A DNA stretch of 64,000 bases from Stylophora pistillata (GCF_002571385.2 NW_019217887.1:415010-479009), one strand, 5' to 3'; counted from the first letter of the stretch, positions 46,612-60,588 are shown. The notes: generated from the sequence alone by a model not told the origin. Program-made: numbers and translations.

Positions 46612-49497
46612 ATGGTGGATTGTGACTCGGAATCTTTCGTCCTCGGAATAGACTTAGGAACAACCTCGATAAAAGTGTCGTTAGTGCGAAATAGTAATAG
46701 AGATGTCATCGAAAGCTATAGAATTGATACAAGGGCGTATAATTCCGGCGAGAGATCGAACTTTGCAGAGCAGGATGTCGTAAAAATATTTGCTTGTTTA
46801 CAACATGTACTTGCCCAATTCTCTCCACATTTCCTGGCCAAAGTGGCTCGTATTGGTATTTGTGGACAAATGCATGGATGTGTGATGTGGAAAGGTGAAA
46901 CATGTAGTTTATCAAGAGGTGGTGACCATTTTATACAGAGCGATAATGTCTCTCATCTCATTACTTGGGAGGACGGGAGATGTGACAATGAATTTTTGGG
47001 CACCCTACCCCCTGCACGCACAAATATTCCTGTTTCTACTGGTTTTGGATGTGCAAGCATGTTTTGGCTACAGAGAAATGACCCTAGCTTCTTGGAACGT
47101 TTTGACTGCGCTGGAACCATCATGGATTACGTTGTTTGTGTTTTTTGTGAAATGAGAAAGCCTTGCATGTCCACGCACAATGCAGTCAGCTGGGGATATT
47201 TTGATGTCAATCATATGACATGGGAGTTAAATATGTAAGTTAGTAATTTCACATGCTTATCAAGTTCTTCTCTTCCTCTTAATGGAAATTCTGTGAAAAT
47301 TTCTGACTGCTGGGCATTTTGTCCATTTGAGCATGCCCAGCAGTCTGATTTCTAAGTGTCAACAACCAAGTGTAATTGCAAAAGTTTGGAAAATTGGCCA
47401 ATTTAAAACATCAAATTATTTTTTGGAATTGCTTGACATTTCTAAAAAAAGTTTGCATATTCTAAGAGGTTGGAAACAACCTTTCAGTGGAAATTCTGTG
47501 AAAATTTCTGACTGTTAGGCATTCAGATTGAGCCCAGTTGCCTATCTGATTTTGTACAAGCAGTCAACACCAATGTCTAGTAGGGTAGACTGCAAACCTA
47601 TTATTTTTACTCCTTATTCAGTCTGAAAAAGGCAAACTTCCCCACTCAACTTCTACCAGTGGTGGTGCAACCAGGTACAATTGTCGGTAAGCTACAAAAG
47701 TCTTTGTATGGAATTCCAGTTGGTACACCTGTGGGGGTGGGTCTCGGGGACTTCCAGTGCTCATTGCTGGCAAGCATATCCCAGGAAAGTGATGCAGGTA
47801 ATACAATATTTGAAGTGTTTTCCATGCATGTTGTATCACCAAACCTTTTAACCCCCAGAGGTGATTAATGTGCAACTTCTCCCTACAATATCCATAGATT
47901 ATCCAATAAACAAGTAAAGAGAATACTGAAACTACTCCGGTAGAACACCAAATTCTTGAAACTAATTTACAAGGAAATGCATAGTGGCTAGGGGGAGAAG
48001 TGACAATCAGATCTGGGGAGTAAGGAGTTAACAGTATTTGTGGTCTCTTTGACACAATGGTATGAGGACAAGAGGTTGTCCAAAGAAAACCATAGGAAAT
48101 GAAGTGGTGATTGAGATAAAGACTTGAATCAGGGTCATTAATGGTCAAAATGTAAGACTTGTGGGACATGAAAGGTGACAGGCCATTGCCTAAGAAGTTT
48201 AAGGGAAAAAGAAAGCATAAGAATTAATCATTCTTATCCCTTACCAGTCATGACTAGAAACTTTCACATTTCAAACAAAACAAAATTCAACCAGTGTTTT
48301 AATTTCAGTTCTCATATATTTTGATTTTCAGTTCTTAATATTGGCACATCCTGTCAACTGGCTGTGGTTATTCCTGCTAATACCAACAGTGTGGCCACAG
48401 GGGAATCTTCATTTCAAACCTCAAAGATGCCTAGTAAAGCAGTTACAATTCTTCCATTCTTTCATGGACAGAAAGTTATGACAGCTGCATCACTTTCAGG
48501 TTAAGTCAGATTGCCTTCATTTATGTTTGTACTGCTGGTTCAAAGAGTGAACAAACCCTTCCTTTTCACTCACAGGAAGTTTCTTGTACACTGGAGATAG
48601 CAGTGTTAACTTTAAATCTTTAGTCCACCACTGTTTACCTCTATCTATCTCCAGAGATATATCTTTGGGTTGCAACGATGTTATAGAAAATTTTAATTTT
48701 CTATAATGGGTCTTAAAAGACCCATAGGGGTTCTTGGAAAATTCTTAATGCATTGATCATTTTGTTGTTTGTTCAGGAGCACGTGACATTGCATTACATT
48801 TATGGTATTTTTAAAATGAGTGACAGGGATCAAATGTCAAGTATTTTTACTTCGTTCGAGTTTTTTGCCTTGTGTAGATCGAGTATTCGTCGTGGAGGTT
48901 TTGTTCTTAGTCAAACTAAAGTAAAACGTTTAGTTTAACCGTGGATTTATTGAGTCATTCTCAACAATGTTGGTAAACTAAGAAATCTTTATTAAGGTCT
49001 AACTGTCAGCTGTTGTTTCTTTTGTCAGCACAGGTGGTAATATTTTGGCCACCTTTGTTAAGATGTTGACATCATGGATGAGAGATCTTGGACTTGAAGA
49101 GAGCCTTCCTTGTACAGATGAAATTTATCGTAGAATTCTAGCCTGTGCTGATGAGAAAGGTGCAACATCACTTCAAGTGGTTCCAACTTTATGGGGTGAA
49201 AGGCACTCTCCTGATCAAAGAGGACAAGTGAACAACTTGACATCAGGAAATATCTCACTCGGTGATGTTGGATTGGGTCTTTGTCGAGGAGTTATTGAAA
49301 ACATACAAGAAATGATGACACGAGATTTCCTTCATTTGCATGGTGTGCGACAAATAGTTTGTGCTGGTAGTGCTCTGATGAGAAACCAAGTGCTACAGAA
49401 ACAGGTTGAACAGGTTTTTGAATTGCCACTGGTATTGAATGAACTTGCAGATGCATCAATAGGTGCTGCGATAGTGACTCTCTTGGAGAGAAATTGA
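46612..49497 (+). CDS. SHPK: Sedoheptulokinase (FGGY family, CARKL), 4 coding exons
   Basis: Exons 46612-47234, 47622-47797, 48332-48499, 49034-49497. Motifs LGIDLGTTSIK, GQMHGCVMW, LITWEDGRC, GTIMDYVV, NAVSWGYF, LGDFQCS, LNIGTSCQL, AASLSGGN, GERHSP. Confidence 0.93.
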
Positions 49498-50021
49498 ATG
49501 GTAACATTACAATTCTGAATTGTAACCAAACTGAGTGGAGTGCAATTTGGTCTGAAATCATATGCAATTAAACAAGCATGCAGCATGAGTTTGATTTGGA
49601 TTTCAGACCAAAATTGCACAATACAGACCTACGTTTAATTTCAACTTTATGATTGTATTTATTTTGAAATCAAAAAATTTATTCGCACAATACAAGTTTT
49701 TTTTAGTCTGAAAAAATATTTCATTTATGCAGTTTATTAAGGTGGTTTGTAAAAATTTGCACTAGTTGTCTCTCATTTTCCATCAGATTGATTTATTTCT
49801 TTCAACAAGCCTTGAAATTTGATTGGTTGTTGTGTTTTAGCAAAGCTCTCTCATTGCCTGGTTACTAACATGATTCAGAGCACACGATGGTGCAGTTTGT
49901 GAATAAATCGCAGCAGTGAGAGCCAATCAAATTGCAAGGATTCCAAGTGATTTCAAAATGAATGTAACAAAAAACTATTAATTGGCAAATCAACAAATTT
50001 AACCTCTTCACACTGATCATG

Positions 50022-52014
50022 TTATCTATCCTGTTCAGCAATAAGTAATTGTCGGTAAGCCTCATAAATAATAACTGTGCCAGCCATTGCTGCACTTAAA
50101 CAGTCAATCGTGTTTGCCATGGGAACACGAACAAGTTGTCCTTGATGTTGCCAAGCTATGTTTTTGATAATTTCCCCTAATCCTGTGGTCTCACCACCAA
50201 TAACCAAAACACTGGGTCCTTGAGTCCAGTCCACTAAGAAATGTGCTGATGATGGAATACATAGGTCATCTAAGGGAATTAAAAAAAATAATGGAGTATT
50301 GGGAAATGACTCAACCTGACTGGGCCTGCTTGAAGTCATCATCATTTGTGATTGATTCTTATTCCCCAGAAATAATATCAAGCGAGGTTTCACATTTTAG
50401 TAAGCAAGTGACTCATGGGTTTTGTTAGAATACACTTTGAAATATAAAATTCCCTGGTTCAATATTGCTCTCTGGACACAAACTTGATTAATAGTTTTCA
50501 GAGATTGACATACACTTTTTAACTCAAAAGCCACCAAAACTAAGTCTTACCAGCCAGAAATCCAAACTACAAAATTATTGAACTATATTCCAATGTATAT
50601 TAATATCTATTCTTTGCCAGATAAAAACAGGATAGGATAAAAAGAACATCAAAAGTGAACATAACATAAAAACAGATCAACTGACTGACAGTCCAAACAA
50701 CCAACCATTTGGTACTTCACATTAGGTAAAAACTTTCCCTACCAGAAATGTTATTGTCTGCAAGGAAAATCCTTTTATCTGCAATGACTGCCTCAATCTC
50801 TTCCCAATCCAAGTTGTAATGAATGGGAAGATAAAAATGACCTCCGGCAGCACATCTTAACACTTTTGGGTCCCATACATCAACACAACCTGTTGAAGTT
50901 ATAAAGGACTGGCAAGCTGCTGCTGCAGATGTGCGCACCAATGTACCTACAAAATAAAACAATGTAACATACATTAGACAAGTATATAGTAGTTACCATA
51001 AATAGTATGGAAGAAAGTAGGGTCTTGTACTTATGTACTTTTAATTTCAAACTTTCTCACTTCTTTATACTGTCCATAGTAGTAATCTCTTTTTTCTTTT
51101 TTAGTTTGTTTCCCAATTCAATGTCTTTTCTCTTTTCTCTTAACTCAGATGAGTGACCACAACAGAATTTCTCCTTACAATATCAGCACAATGTGAAGCG
51201 GACAAGTGATGTGAATAAAGAAACATATGGGGATTATTAAATAAGGCGATCGTTAGTTGATCCAATACCAAATTTTCCAAACTAACTTAAGAATTGTAGA
51301 GTTTAATAGTAAGGAGAATTGCTGATAAGATCTTGGTAATAAAGGGTTAAAGGTTTCAGAATCACCAACCTTTGTTTGACTCAAAGCGATTTCTTTGCCA
51401 TGTAATAATCATAACCCATACCTAAGTTTGTTGGATCTTTCAGCCCATCACATAACACTGTCAATGGAAGTTGAAGAGTGTTTCTGTTCTTCAATTCTCC
51501 CCCTTCGCCCTGTCTGGGACGCTTGAACATCCCTATTATACCAGGTGGTGTGACAGCACTTGATAAACTCTCCATCGTTTCTTCGCTTATTTGAGCCAGA
51601 CAGCTGGATGGTAAACTTGAAGTGTCGATGTGATCAAGCAGTGCTGGATTGGAATAAAATATATTTAACACCTTAGCTTTAGCCATAAAAGCTTCTCGTA
51701 TGTGGCGCCATCCCTCTAGCATGATACGGCCATGTTTTTCCCTGTGTTTTCTTTTGTTAAGAGATGCTGCCATCCTGAAAAATATTAAAATAGTTGTTGA
51801 ATTGAACACAATGAAATGAATTTAAATTAAATTGACATATTGGTAAAGTGCGTGTACCTACAGCCTACCTGAGTCTCGGTGTGCCACTTTCAAGAGCTTT
51901 GATGGTATGTTTTCCTTGCTTTATTGACTGGGCAGTTCGAGTTACCGCAGAAAGAAATTCAGCTGCAATTCCAGCTTCTTCTACCAAAATATGCCTTCGA
52001 AAAAGTAGGTGCAT
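50022..52014 (-). CDS. MRM3: Mitochondrial rRNA methyltransferase 3 (SpoU/TrmH family, RNMTL1), 4 exons
   Basis: Exons 52014-51869, 51774-51422, 50946-50743, 50269-50022. Motifs RKHREKHGRIMLEG, DGLKDPTNLGTLVR, GCVDVWDPKVLR, LVIGGETTGL, DCLSAAMAGTVIIYE. Confidence 0.88.
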
Positions 52015-52279
52015 TGTAAAAAAGCTTGAAACACACTAAAAATCGACCATAGATCGAACAGAAGTAGAAGCAGAAACTCGTCAGGCGTTCCTTTCTCAAT
52101 AATACTTCTGGTAAACTGGGAATTAGTTACCGGAGTGTCAGGTAGCGAGGCGGTAGCGACTCAGGTAACAAGTCAGCGGTATCCACTACAAAAACAATAT
52201 GGCGGAAAGAGCGAACTAAAATTTGCAAAGAAAAACATGTTGGATTGTACGTTGTAATCGAAGTAAAAATTTCTTAGGG
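52015..52279. promoter_or_regulatory. Bidirectional promoter MRM3/DEPDC5
   Basis: 265 bp, CpG-rich, between divergent start codons; contains a YY1-like atatggcgg. Confidence 0.7.
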
Positions 52280-55200
52280 ATGAAGCTTTTTAAGTTATGG
52301 GTCCATCAGCAGAACTTCAGTGAGGATGATCTCATACTAAATCCTAAGGAATTTCCGAACGAGAGAGAGGGAGACATCTTGGAGATTCATCACCCCGATG
52401 AAGACAATACTCGTCTTTTGCTGCAGATTAAATCGATTAATCCTGAATTTCAACAGAAAGATACAATCAGCATCGAACAGTCTGTGGCTAACATCTTTCA
52501 GTTGAGAACTTACTGGGATGTGGAGGTCACCAAGATTGAACCAAAAGATGTGTCTGTGGACATGGTGGAACTTTTGTTTAAAGACCAGTTCGTCACGAGG
52601 AGCGAAATGTGGAGATTTTCCAAACAGCTCGTTGGCTCGTGTGTTTATATCACCAAGAAGCTGTCACATTTTGGGGTGCGGGCTCAGGTTAATGAGATCT
52701 GGACTAAGGGAGAGAAGGTGTCCTGTGGAGTGATATCCGATGATACCAGGGTAAGCAAAAGAGTAGGGGGGGGGGATGAATAGGGAGGAAACAGGAGAGT
52801 ACAGTGGATGAAAGGAGGCTGCAGTGTCAGTCTTCAAAAATCTGTGGAGATTTTTTAACTTGGATCATGTCCCCATTCCTATGCCCTAATATGTTCGATC
52901 ACATGTGAGGAGAAGTTTCATATGGGGAAGGGGGGGGGCTAGCCTGTGTACAACCACCCCTACCCTCCAAAAGAAAGTTAGGAAAGGGTGTCTTTGATTT
53001 GCTGTTGACAATTTTGTTCAAGCCCCATGTGGCTTTTTTTGAGGAAAAAATGATTTGATTGGATATTACCTGCAAATTCCCCATCCTCTCCCAGGCCAGG
53101 TGGAAGGGAATGGGGAATTAGAACCCTGTTTGGTGGGGGTGGGGAATTAGGACCAGAAGTGCTAAGTCTTTCAAGTGGAATACAAGTGTTTTGCCTTTAA
53201 ACACGGAGGTGTTTTAAGGTGAATAGTTTACTTCCACAAGCTTACGGCACAGAAGAAAAGTTTTACAAGGTCTAGGTTTTAAAGATTGATCAAAGGGTAG
53301 AATGCTACAGTCGCTGAGTTTCCCTTTCCCAAAAAGTTGACCATTAAACCCAGCAGATGGGTAGTGCATATGAACACAATTTTGGCCTGGGGTGGGGGGC
53401 AGGAATTTGAACAAAGCAATCTTCAATAGTTCAAATACCGGGAATGTTGGAGCTTCAGATCAATGGAGGCATTAGGTGAGGGGGCAACATGCGAAAAATT
53501 TGGAAAAGCAGTCTTCTTGCATATTTGAGTTTCTTTCTATTTTTGTGCAATTTGCCTTTCAACTCCTTCCTTTGATTTAATTATAATGCAGTCCCCTACT
53601 GGACATCAATCATGAAATTTCTTTCCCATTGCAGGTGGTTTTTAGATCAAGTAGCACAAAGATGTATTTATTCATACAAATGAGTAAAGAAATGTGGGAC
53701 TTTGACTTCAGTGGAGATCTTTATATTGAAAAGGCAATCAATGGATTTTGTAATGAATTGTTTACCAAATGGAAGGAGCTTAAAGCCCACCATGATGTCA
53801 GTATTATTCTGTTTTCAAGAACATTTTACAATGCGCAATCTCTTGGTAGGTAATGTTCCTATTGTACTGTAAGGCAAGGTAGCTCAGTCCCAGGTATACA
53901 GAAGAAGATTCAATCATTGCATCAATAATGTCAGTTTCCGTATCGCAAAAAAACTTGGGATTCTGAGGAGGGAACTTGATTATAAAAATTCCTCATCCTG
54001 AATTATACCAAAAGATGGTTTATAAGTAAAGTGTCATTTGTTATCAGCAAATCCATTACCCTCTCTTGGTAAACTTTCCTACATAGAGGACATTACCCTT
54101 GCATCATAGGGTATTTAATTCCTACTGAGTAAGAACACTATACTTTTAGAGAGAGACTAGGAGTGAGACCTTCCATAGGACAATGGCTCAACAGGGCTGT
54201 GGTCAAGCAGTGGCCCTTGGCACCTTTCTTTTGCTCTTGGGCGACTCAGGAACCTTAGTTTTCCAATATAAAGCATATGCTGGGCACCCTGGATTTCACA
54301 GTTTCAGAGCTCTAGGCACCCTTCAATTTTTCTAAGAGCACAGCCTTGGTTCAAACCCCACAATAGGCCATAAACGGACAGTTCCAATAATGTGTTACTC
54401 TACTACACAGGACTTGGAATATGATGGGGTGGCTAAGTAATCAAGAAAATTACTTTCACTTTTTAGGGGGAGGAACCACACTATTGGTGACATAAAAATT
54501 ATATTTGTAATAGTAAGGAGAGATGCATTAGGATTATTACACACACAAACCATATGTGGCACCAATCTGGGCTGCCAAGCAAGGGTTCCTAAAGAACTTT
54601 TTTTTCACATTCTACCCACAGGTAGAGTGGGGCAAGACCAAAAAGGTAGAGGGTTCCCTCCACTCCCTGCCCCAACCCCACTCTCAGCAGAGAAAGAAAA
54701 CTGTTCAAAAGTTTCAATGTCTAAATTAATGCATAAATATTCATTCGCTACTTTTGCAGAGGACTTTCCTAAAGACGCTCAAGGATGCATTCAAAAGGAT
54801 CCTTACGGACGCTTTTATGAAGATTTCTACCAAGTTGTTGCTTTATCAGACAGGCGTGATGACTGGATCCCTATGCTAGTCACTCTGAAGCACTGCTTTA
54901 ACCAATATCCAAACCTCACGAACTGTTGTGATAAGTTGAAAGGCACAAAAATCAAGGGTAAAAATTCCAGCTCTTATGAGGGAAACTTTCTAGAAGCTAT
55001 AAACTTGGCAATGAATGGTAAGTTATGATTGCTACAGTATATCTCTGTCTTTGAACAGAGGTGTAGCTTGGGAGAAGTTCCAGGTTACCTATTACTCCCC
55101 CCTTTGTAAACCATTTAATTCGGGCAAAAAAGTGTAAATCTGAAGATTCTACTTGGCATGAAAAATATCACTTGTAGTAAAACACATGTATGTCAACATG

Positions 55201-56115
55201 ACAGCAGAGGAAGGTTCATGTAATCTGGGTATGATAAAACGTGATCCTCACCCCCCCCCCCTTGTAAACCATTTAATTCAGGGGAAAAAGCGTAAATCTG
55301 AAGATTCTACTTGGCATGAAAAATATCACTTGTAGTAAAACACATGTATGTCAACATGACAGCAGGGAAAGGTTCATGTAATCTTGGTATGACAAAACGT
55401 GATCTTCACCGCCCCCCTCTGAAAAATTCTAGTCATGCGCCTGTTGAGTAAGAAAAAAAATTAAGGATCAGATGACCTATGATATGTCTGTAACCTTTTG
55501 AGACCTGTTTCACTCGAACACCCACTCCACCTTTGCTAATATCTGCTTACACAGCTTGTCGTTAATTGCTTATCGACCTCAGCTTCTTGACTTTTCGATC
55601 TGGTTCAGCGTCAACCTTGCATGTCATTACCTCGTATTGTATCAACTACATCAATCCTCCTTTTTCTTGAGTTTGCTCTGCTATGGCGGATTACCTGAAG
55701 AAAATTTGATTGAAAATATGGTGGGAGACGCAGTTGAATCGTTTCGCTTGTGTTGCAATTTCAGTGTCCACTCACATTCCTGATTACGTCGTTTACCAAA
55801 AGATATATAGTAAAACTTCATGAAAGTTCCGTTTAGAACATGTTCTGGATGGCAAAAGGGCTCAATTTCTTTGTACACATCCACACACTAAAGATGTCCG
55901 TTGAAAGAAGATTCGTTGTCAAGGAGTTAGATTTATTAATTGTGAAAATATTGATCTGGGCCTATTTGTTTGAAGGATGGATAACTCTATCCAACGAATA
56001 AATCGCTTTCTAGCGGGTAAGTGTTTGCAAAACATACTGCACTATCGTAATTTTGTAATATCAACTAAGTTGAAATTGTAAATTGGCCACCGTAAAGATT
56101 TAAAAAGCTGACGTT

Positions 56116-56147
<32 letters not shown>

Positions 56148-59100
56148 GGAATTATGTGTTACAATTTTAACTTAGTTGATATTACCAAATTACCTTGTTA
56201 CCCCCACCGACACGGCATCACAATTTCCTTAGAAACTTACCCTCTTTATTCATACTGCACTATCCACCGTATAATGACTCATCCTGTGAATAGCGTTATC
56301 CGCTCTTTGAACAACCGGGAACTGATGTAGGCACAAACATAACATAATTTCCACTGCGTGTCTTTTGCCGAGACACCCCCCAAAAAACTACTCTTAACTC
56401 GCGACGTCGTAGTTTCTCCTCGACGCGACAAAATAGCTTCAAATTAAGCACAATGGCTAAGAAAATAATGGAAATTTGTCGTACGAAAAACAAATATAAT
56501 CTATCGAATATAAGTTAATTTAGAGCTATTTCCCTAAACAGTATCATGTCGCGGCAGTTAAATCAATTGTAAACTTAGCTGTACCATAATTTTGAAACGG
56601 TTTGACTTTGAATTGCTAAAATTCACTCAACAGCGAGGCCTTATCTCAAAAAAGAAAATCTAGAAGTTTTGGGAGTATCTATCAAGGAATTTCAGAAACC
56701 GTTCCCAAAAGCTGTTTGAAGGGATTTTCCCATAACCTTAGCACAATAGCGATTGCCATCCCACGCCCATTATTTTAAACTTCAATCCACCGGTGAACAC
56801 ATCTGTGAAATTTGTTTGACTGCGAAAGGGGAAAGTTCGTTTTTGAGCGCTTTCAGTATAGTCGGTTGGTGTATCAGAAAACTGTTTCCAGCCACCTCAC
56901 ATTCAAAACCAAAACAATGAAAACGGCGAGTCAGAACATCTGGAATGAAATAGTAATTACCAGAAGCCAATGAGAACTCAAAGTAAAAACAAGCAAACTT
57001 TCTGTGAAGGACAAGTTGTGATTGTTGTTAGTTTGGCATCTGATTGGTCGAGAGGCTGGCGGCAGTTGTGTAGACCAATCACAGAGCAGAGTGCAGGGAA
57101 CCCAATGCAATCCAAGATAACTTTCAATACTCGACGGATAATTTCTCAATTCTCTTCGCCATTTTATTTTACTTCAGCATTTGAAAGGCACCACATCGAT
57201 CGTAACTTTAGTCGTACCGGGCAGACGGTTATCATTGTTGCACCTGGGTCTGGAGTGTTTGAGGTGGACAGAGAAATGACCAGCATAACCAAACAGCGTC
57301 TACTGGATAGCGGTATGGTAATGATACACTCAGATTTTAGCGATCTCACTTCCGTAGGCTTCTAAAAAGGCCCGTTAAAATGCCAGGAAACTGTGAAATT
57401 GTTTAACAAATAGATTCTATGTTGCCATCTGTCTGACAAGTTCAGTAAGAACAAAAAAGAGGTACATGAGGTGCAGCCGAATGTGTCACGGATGTTCTTA
57501 CCACATTATGACGTCTTCTGTGTTCTATTACTGTGCAGACCCATGACAACATGGAATCCATTTGTTTTACATGATTAAAAAAGTAGTATTTTTATGGTGA
57601 CGTCATCTTTGCGGATCATGAGTAACAACCAATCAAAGTACGTGTTGGTTCATTTTATCATACAAGTTTTGCCATTAATAGTAGAAAAACATTAATAGTA
57701 ATTGATAACAATTAAATAAATAATTGAATAAACAAAAAAGAAAAACAGTGAAGAGGTGAACCAAAACCGAAAAAGTGCGAGGATTGTTTTAGATGAAGGT
57801 GATCAACGCAGATTGAAAACCATGAACTTAAAAAGTGTTTGCACTAAGTTTTCTTTATATGTATACACGATTTTAAGTTTTCTTTGTTACTTAAAAGATT
57901 ATAAGATAGATTGGAGGCAGCTTCAACGTGGCAATTTGGTAAATTAACGTAAGGTAGAGCACAGTAATATAAGTCTACTTGTACTCATGTAACCAAGGTC
58001 TCCAGGTACAAAAGATCATCTGTGAGACGTTTCCTAATTGTGTATTTGTCTCACACGGGTCATTTTAAGGGAGAGATGTCTCCTCAAAATACGGTCTCGT
58101 CCAAATGTTTTTTTTAATTTTGATCAAGGCTGAAGACATACTTCTAAGCAAGTCAACAAACTTTTCTGTGTTTCTTATTTTTATATTTCTGGATTTTTTT
58201 TACCCATACTTGTTGTTTTTGTGTGTAGCTTCAACTTCCTCATTATCTCGTTATCATTGTCGTTATTATTGTTATGATCATAGATTTCTTTCCAATTGTA
58301 AAAGACAATTAGTATAATTGGTAGGCTAAAAGAAAAGTGAAGTGGTTGTGACTCCCATTAAGTGAGGCTTTGTGTTGTCAAATGAAGTTTAGTTATTACG
58401 TTGTAATTGAGCGCAGTAGGGCAGTTTTAAATGAGTGTTGGAAGTCTAAAACCAAAGTAATCCCAGCGACCAATCAAAACAAATGATTACATTACCAGTA
58501 GCCAATGAGAACAAGCAAACCGCTTGAAGCGCGGGAAATGACTGAGTCGCGATTGTTTTAGTTTTGCACCTGATTGGCCGAGAGGATGGCGCGAGATTTC
58601 TGAACCAATCACAGAGCAAACTGATTGAAGCGCGGGAAATGACCAAGTCGCGATTGGTTTTAGTTATGCACCTGATCGGCTAAGAGGATGGCGCGGAAAT
58701 TATGGCCCAATCACAAAGCAAGGTTAAGTAACACGAAAGCAATATCGGATGCTCTCGACACTCGATTGAAAATTGCCCTAATAGACCCTTCCACGGTTTT
58801 ATCGGCCATATTGGTTGGGGGTCAAACAAAACCTCGTTGCGTAGCAACGAGCCATAGAATCTCTTATGATAANNNNNNNNNNNNNNNNNNNNNNNNNNNN
58901 NNNNNNNNNNNNNNNNNNNNNNNNNNNNNNNNNNNNNNNNNNNNNNNNNNNNNNNNNNNNNNNNNNNNNNNNNNNNNNNNNNNNNNNNNNNNNNNNNNNN
59001 NNNNNNNNNNNNNNNNNNNNNNNNNNNNNNNNNNNNNNNNNNNNNNNNNNNNNNNNNNNNNNNNNNNNNNNNNNNNNNNNNNNNNNNNNNNNNNNNNNNN

Positions 59101-59250
59101 NNNNNNNNNNNNNNNNNNNNNNNNNNNNNNNNNNNNNNNNNNNNNNNNNNNNNNNNNNNNNNNNNNNNNNNNNNNNNNNNNNNNNNNNNNNNNNNNNNNN
59201 NNNNNNNNNNNNNNNNNNNNNNNACAAGCGCGAGTGGATATGAGATGATT

Positions 59251-59308
<58 letters not shown>

Positions 59309-60588
59309 GCTCGCGGAATAATTGTTAAATATATATATCTACCATACAGGTGAATAGCGCCTTTCGTGCACGCTGATTGGCTTGTTAAGAAGTGAAAGTA
59401 AGTACTATTTACCTCCGCGCTGCTGAAGAGAAAAATCGCGACTTTTAACCGACCGAGATTCTAATAAGAGTTTACATTCCGAACATTTTGGGTATACTGA
59501 CAGAAATAAGACGTTTTTTGTTGTGTGCTTCTGTGTACTAAAAACAATAACTCACCTCGGTGTCGGTGAAAATGGTGGATATTAACCTCTACTTCGGTGA
59601 ATAATTATGAATAACGTCACGAGCTGACGCGTAAATAGTCACCTGTTAAGGCTAACAGTCGAGACGTAACGACCCATTTCAGAATTGGTCACATTGTGAC
59701 AGAAACGATGATTTTTGTCCCTATTTTTATGTTCTTTCTTCGTAGTGTACACTAATTTTGCGGAACACCGCAAGACAGAAGTGGGAGACGGCCAGCTGCC
59801 AGATCGGGTGGATTATGATGAATATGACGCCAAAATATTCAGGAACCCGCCCACCCACTCGACCCTGAAGGGCTGGGCACCCAGAGGTACGAACTTCAGA
59901 CGAATACGAAGCGCCCTCGATTTGCAGCGAATGGCCAAGTCTATGTCAAAAGAAGAACCCATTTTCCACCGTATTTCCTCGCCTCCTAGAGGGGTATCGT
60001 CCTATGAGGACATGGAGATTTCAGCTTCTTTTAGCGCGCTGACGGTAATTATTTTTCTTTTGCTGAATCTTGTACTGTATTTAGGATCTTGCCAGGTTTA
60101 AGTGTTCAAATTATGAAGTTATTCTAGATGGAAAAGTTTTGAAAAAAATAGAAAAATGTCGTAGAACGTTCCGGCTTTCCCCGTCTGTCGTCATTAGGGA
60201 TGAAAAATATTCCCGGGATGCACTTTTTCACCGTCTCACAGAGAAAATAACTCAGTTTTAATAATTTCTTGAGTTTTAAAGCTGGTCAAGGAAAATTTCA
60301 AATCATGTTTTCCGTACTATTAAAAAAGGCTCACCGAACAATTTCGAGAAAAGCTTTCTATTTTTCCATCCAGAGCAATGTTTGATGGTTTATTTTTTTA
60401 TTTCTTTGTGCGCTCGTTGTTGGTATTCCTTCACCATTCCTAGCAGCAATATACTAAATGCCTTCAAATGATAAATCGTTTTGACTGATCTTACTAGGAC
60501 CGAGATGCTGCATCCATTAAGACCCTGGACAATAGAGAAACCCATGTACTCTCTTCATCTCTGGAGTTTACGTCTCATGGTGTCCTCG
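52280..60588 (+). CDS. DEPDC5: GATOR1 subunit DEPDC5 (IML1), 5' exons; gene presumably continues beyond the last exon found
   Basis: Exons 52280-52750, 53635-53845, 54760-55017, 57178-57312, then 59746-60044 and probably 60498-60588. Motifs [75 protein letters not shown]. Exons expected after 57312 are not visible and may lie in the 58873-59223 gap. Confidence 0.92.
55099..55417. repeat. ~160-bp tandem duplication in DEPDC5 intron
   Basis: ttgtaaaccatttaattc..aaacgtgatcctcacccc occurs twice in tandem. Confidence 0.8.
56047..56250. mobile_element. Penelope-like element (pLTR) fragment with inverted end and 14-bp TSD, inserted in a MITE (about 55957-56320)
   Basis: catactgcactatc at 56033-56046 and 56251-56264; 56047-56081 is the reverse complement of 56159-56193; contains a hammerhead core. 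Confidence 0.8.
56107..56140 (-). ncRNA. Minimal type I hammerhead ribozyme
   Basis: Minus strand GCU-CUGACGA-A-GGGC-UAAC-GCUC-GAAA-CG-UC^AGC: conserved core CUGANGA/GAAA/UH, stem I GCU:AGC, stem II GGGC:GCUC, vestigial palindromic stem III (ACGU). Confidence 0.8.
58873..59223. other. Assembly gap (second gap at 61333-61439)
   Basis: Runs of N. Confidence 0.99.
59228..59312. repeat. Hairpin end of a common dispersed repeat
   Basis: ggatatgagatgattatagccaac..gttggctatctatcatctcatatcc; truncated by the assembly gap. Confidence 0.6.

Noticed and set aside
58680-59258. ORFs spanning N runs
   Set aside because: Artefacts of translating assembly gaps.
57313-59745. Apparent loss of conserved DEPDC5 exons, suggesting a pseudogene
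   Set aside because: An assembly gap (58873-59223) lies in this interval and the visible exons are intact.
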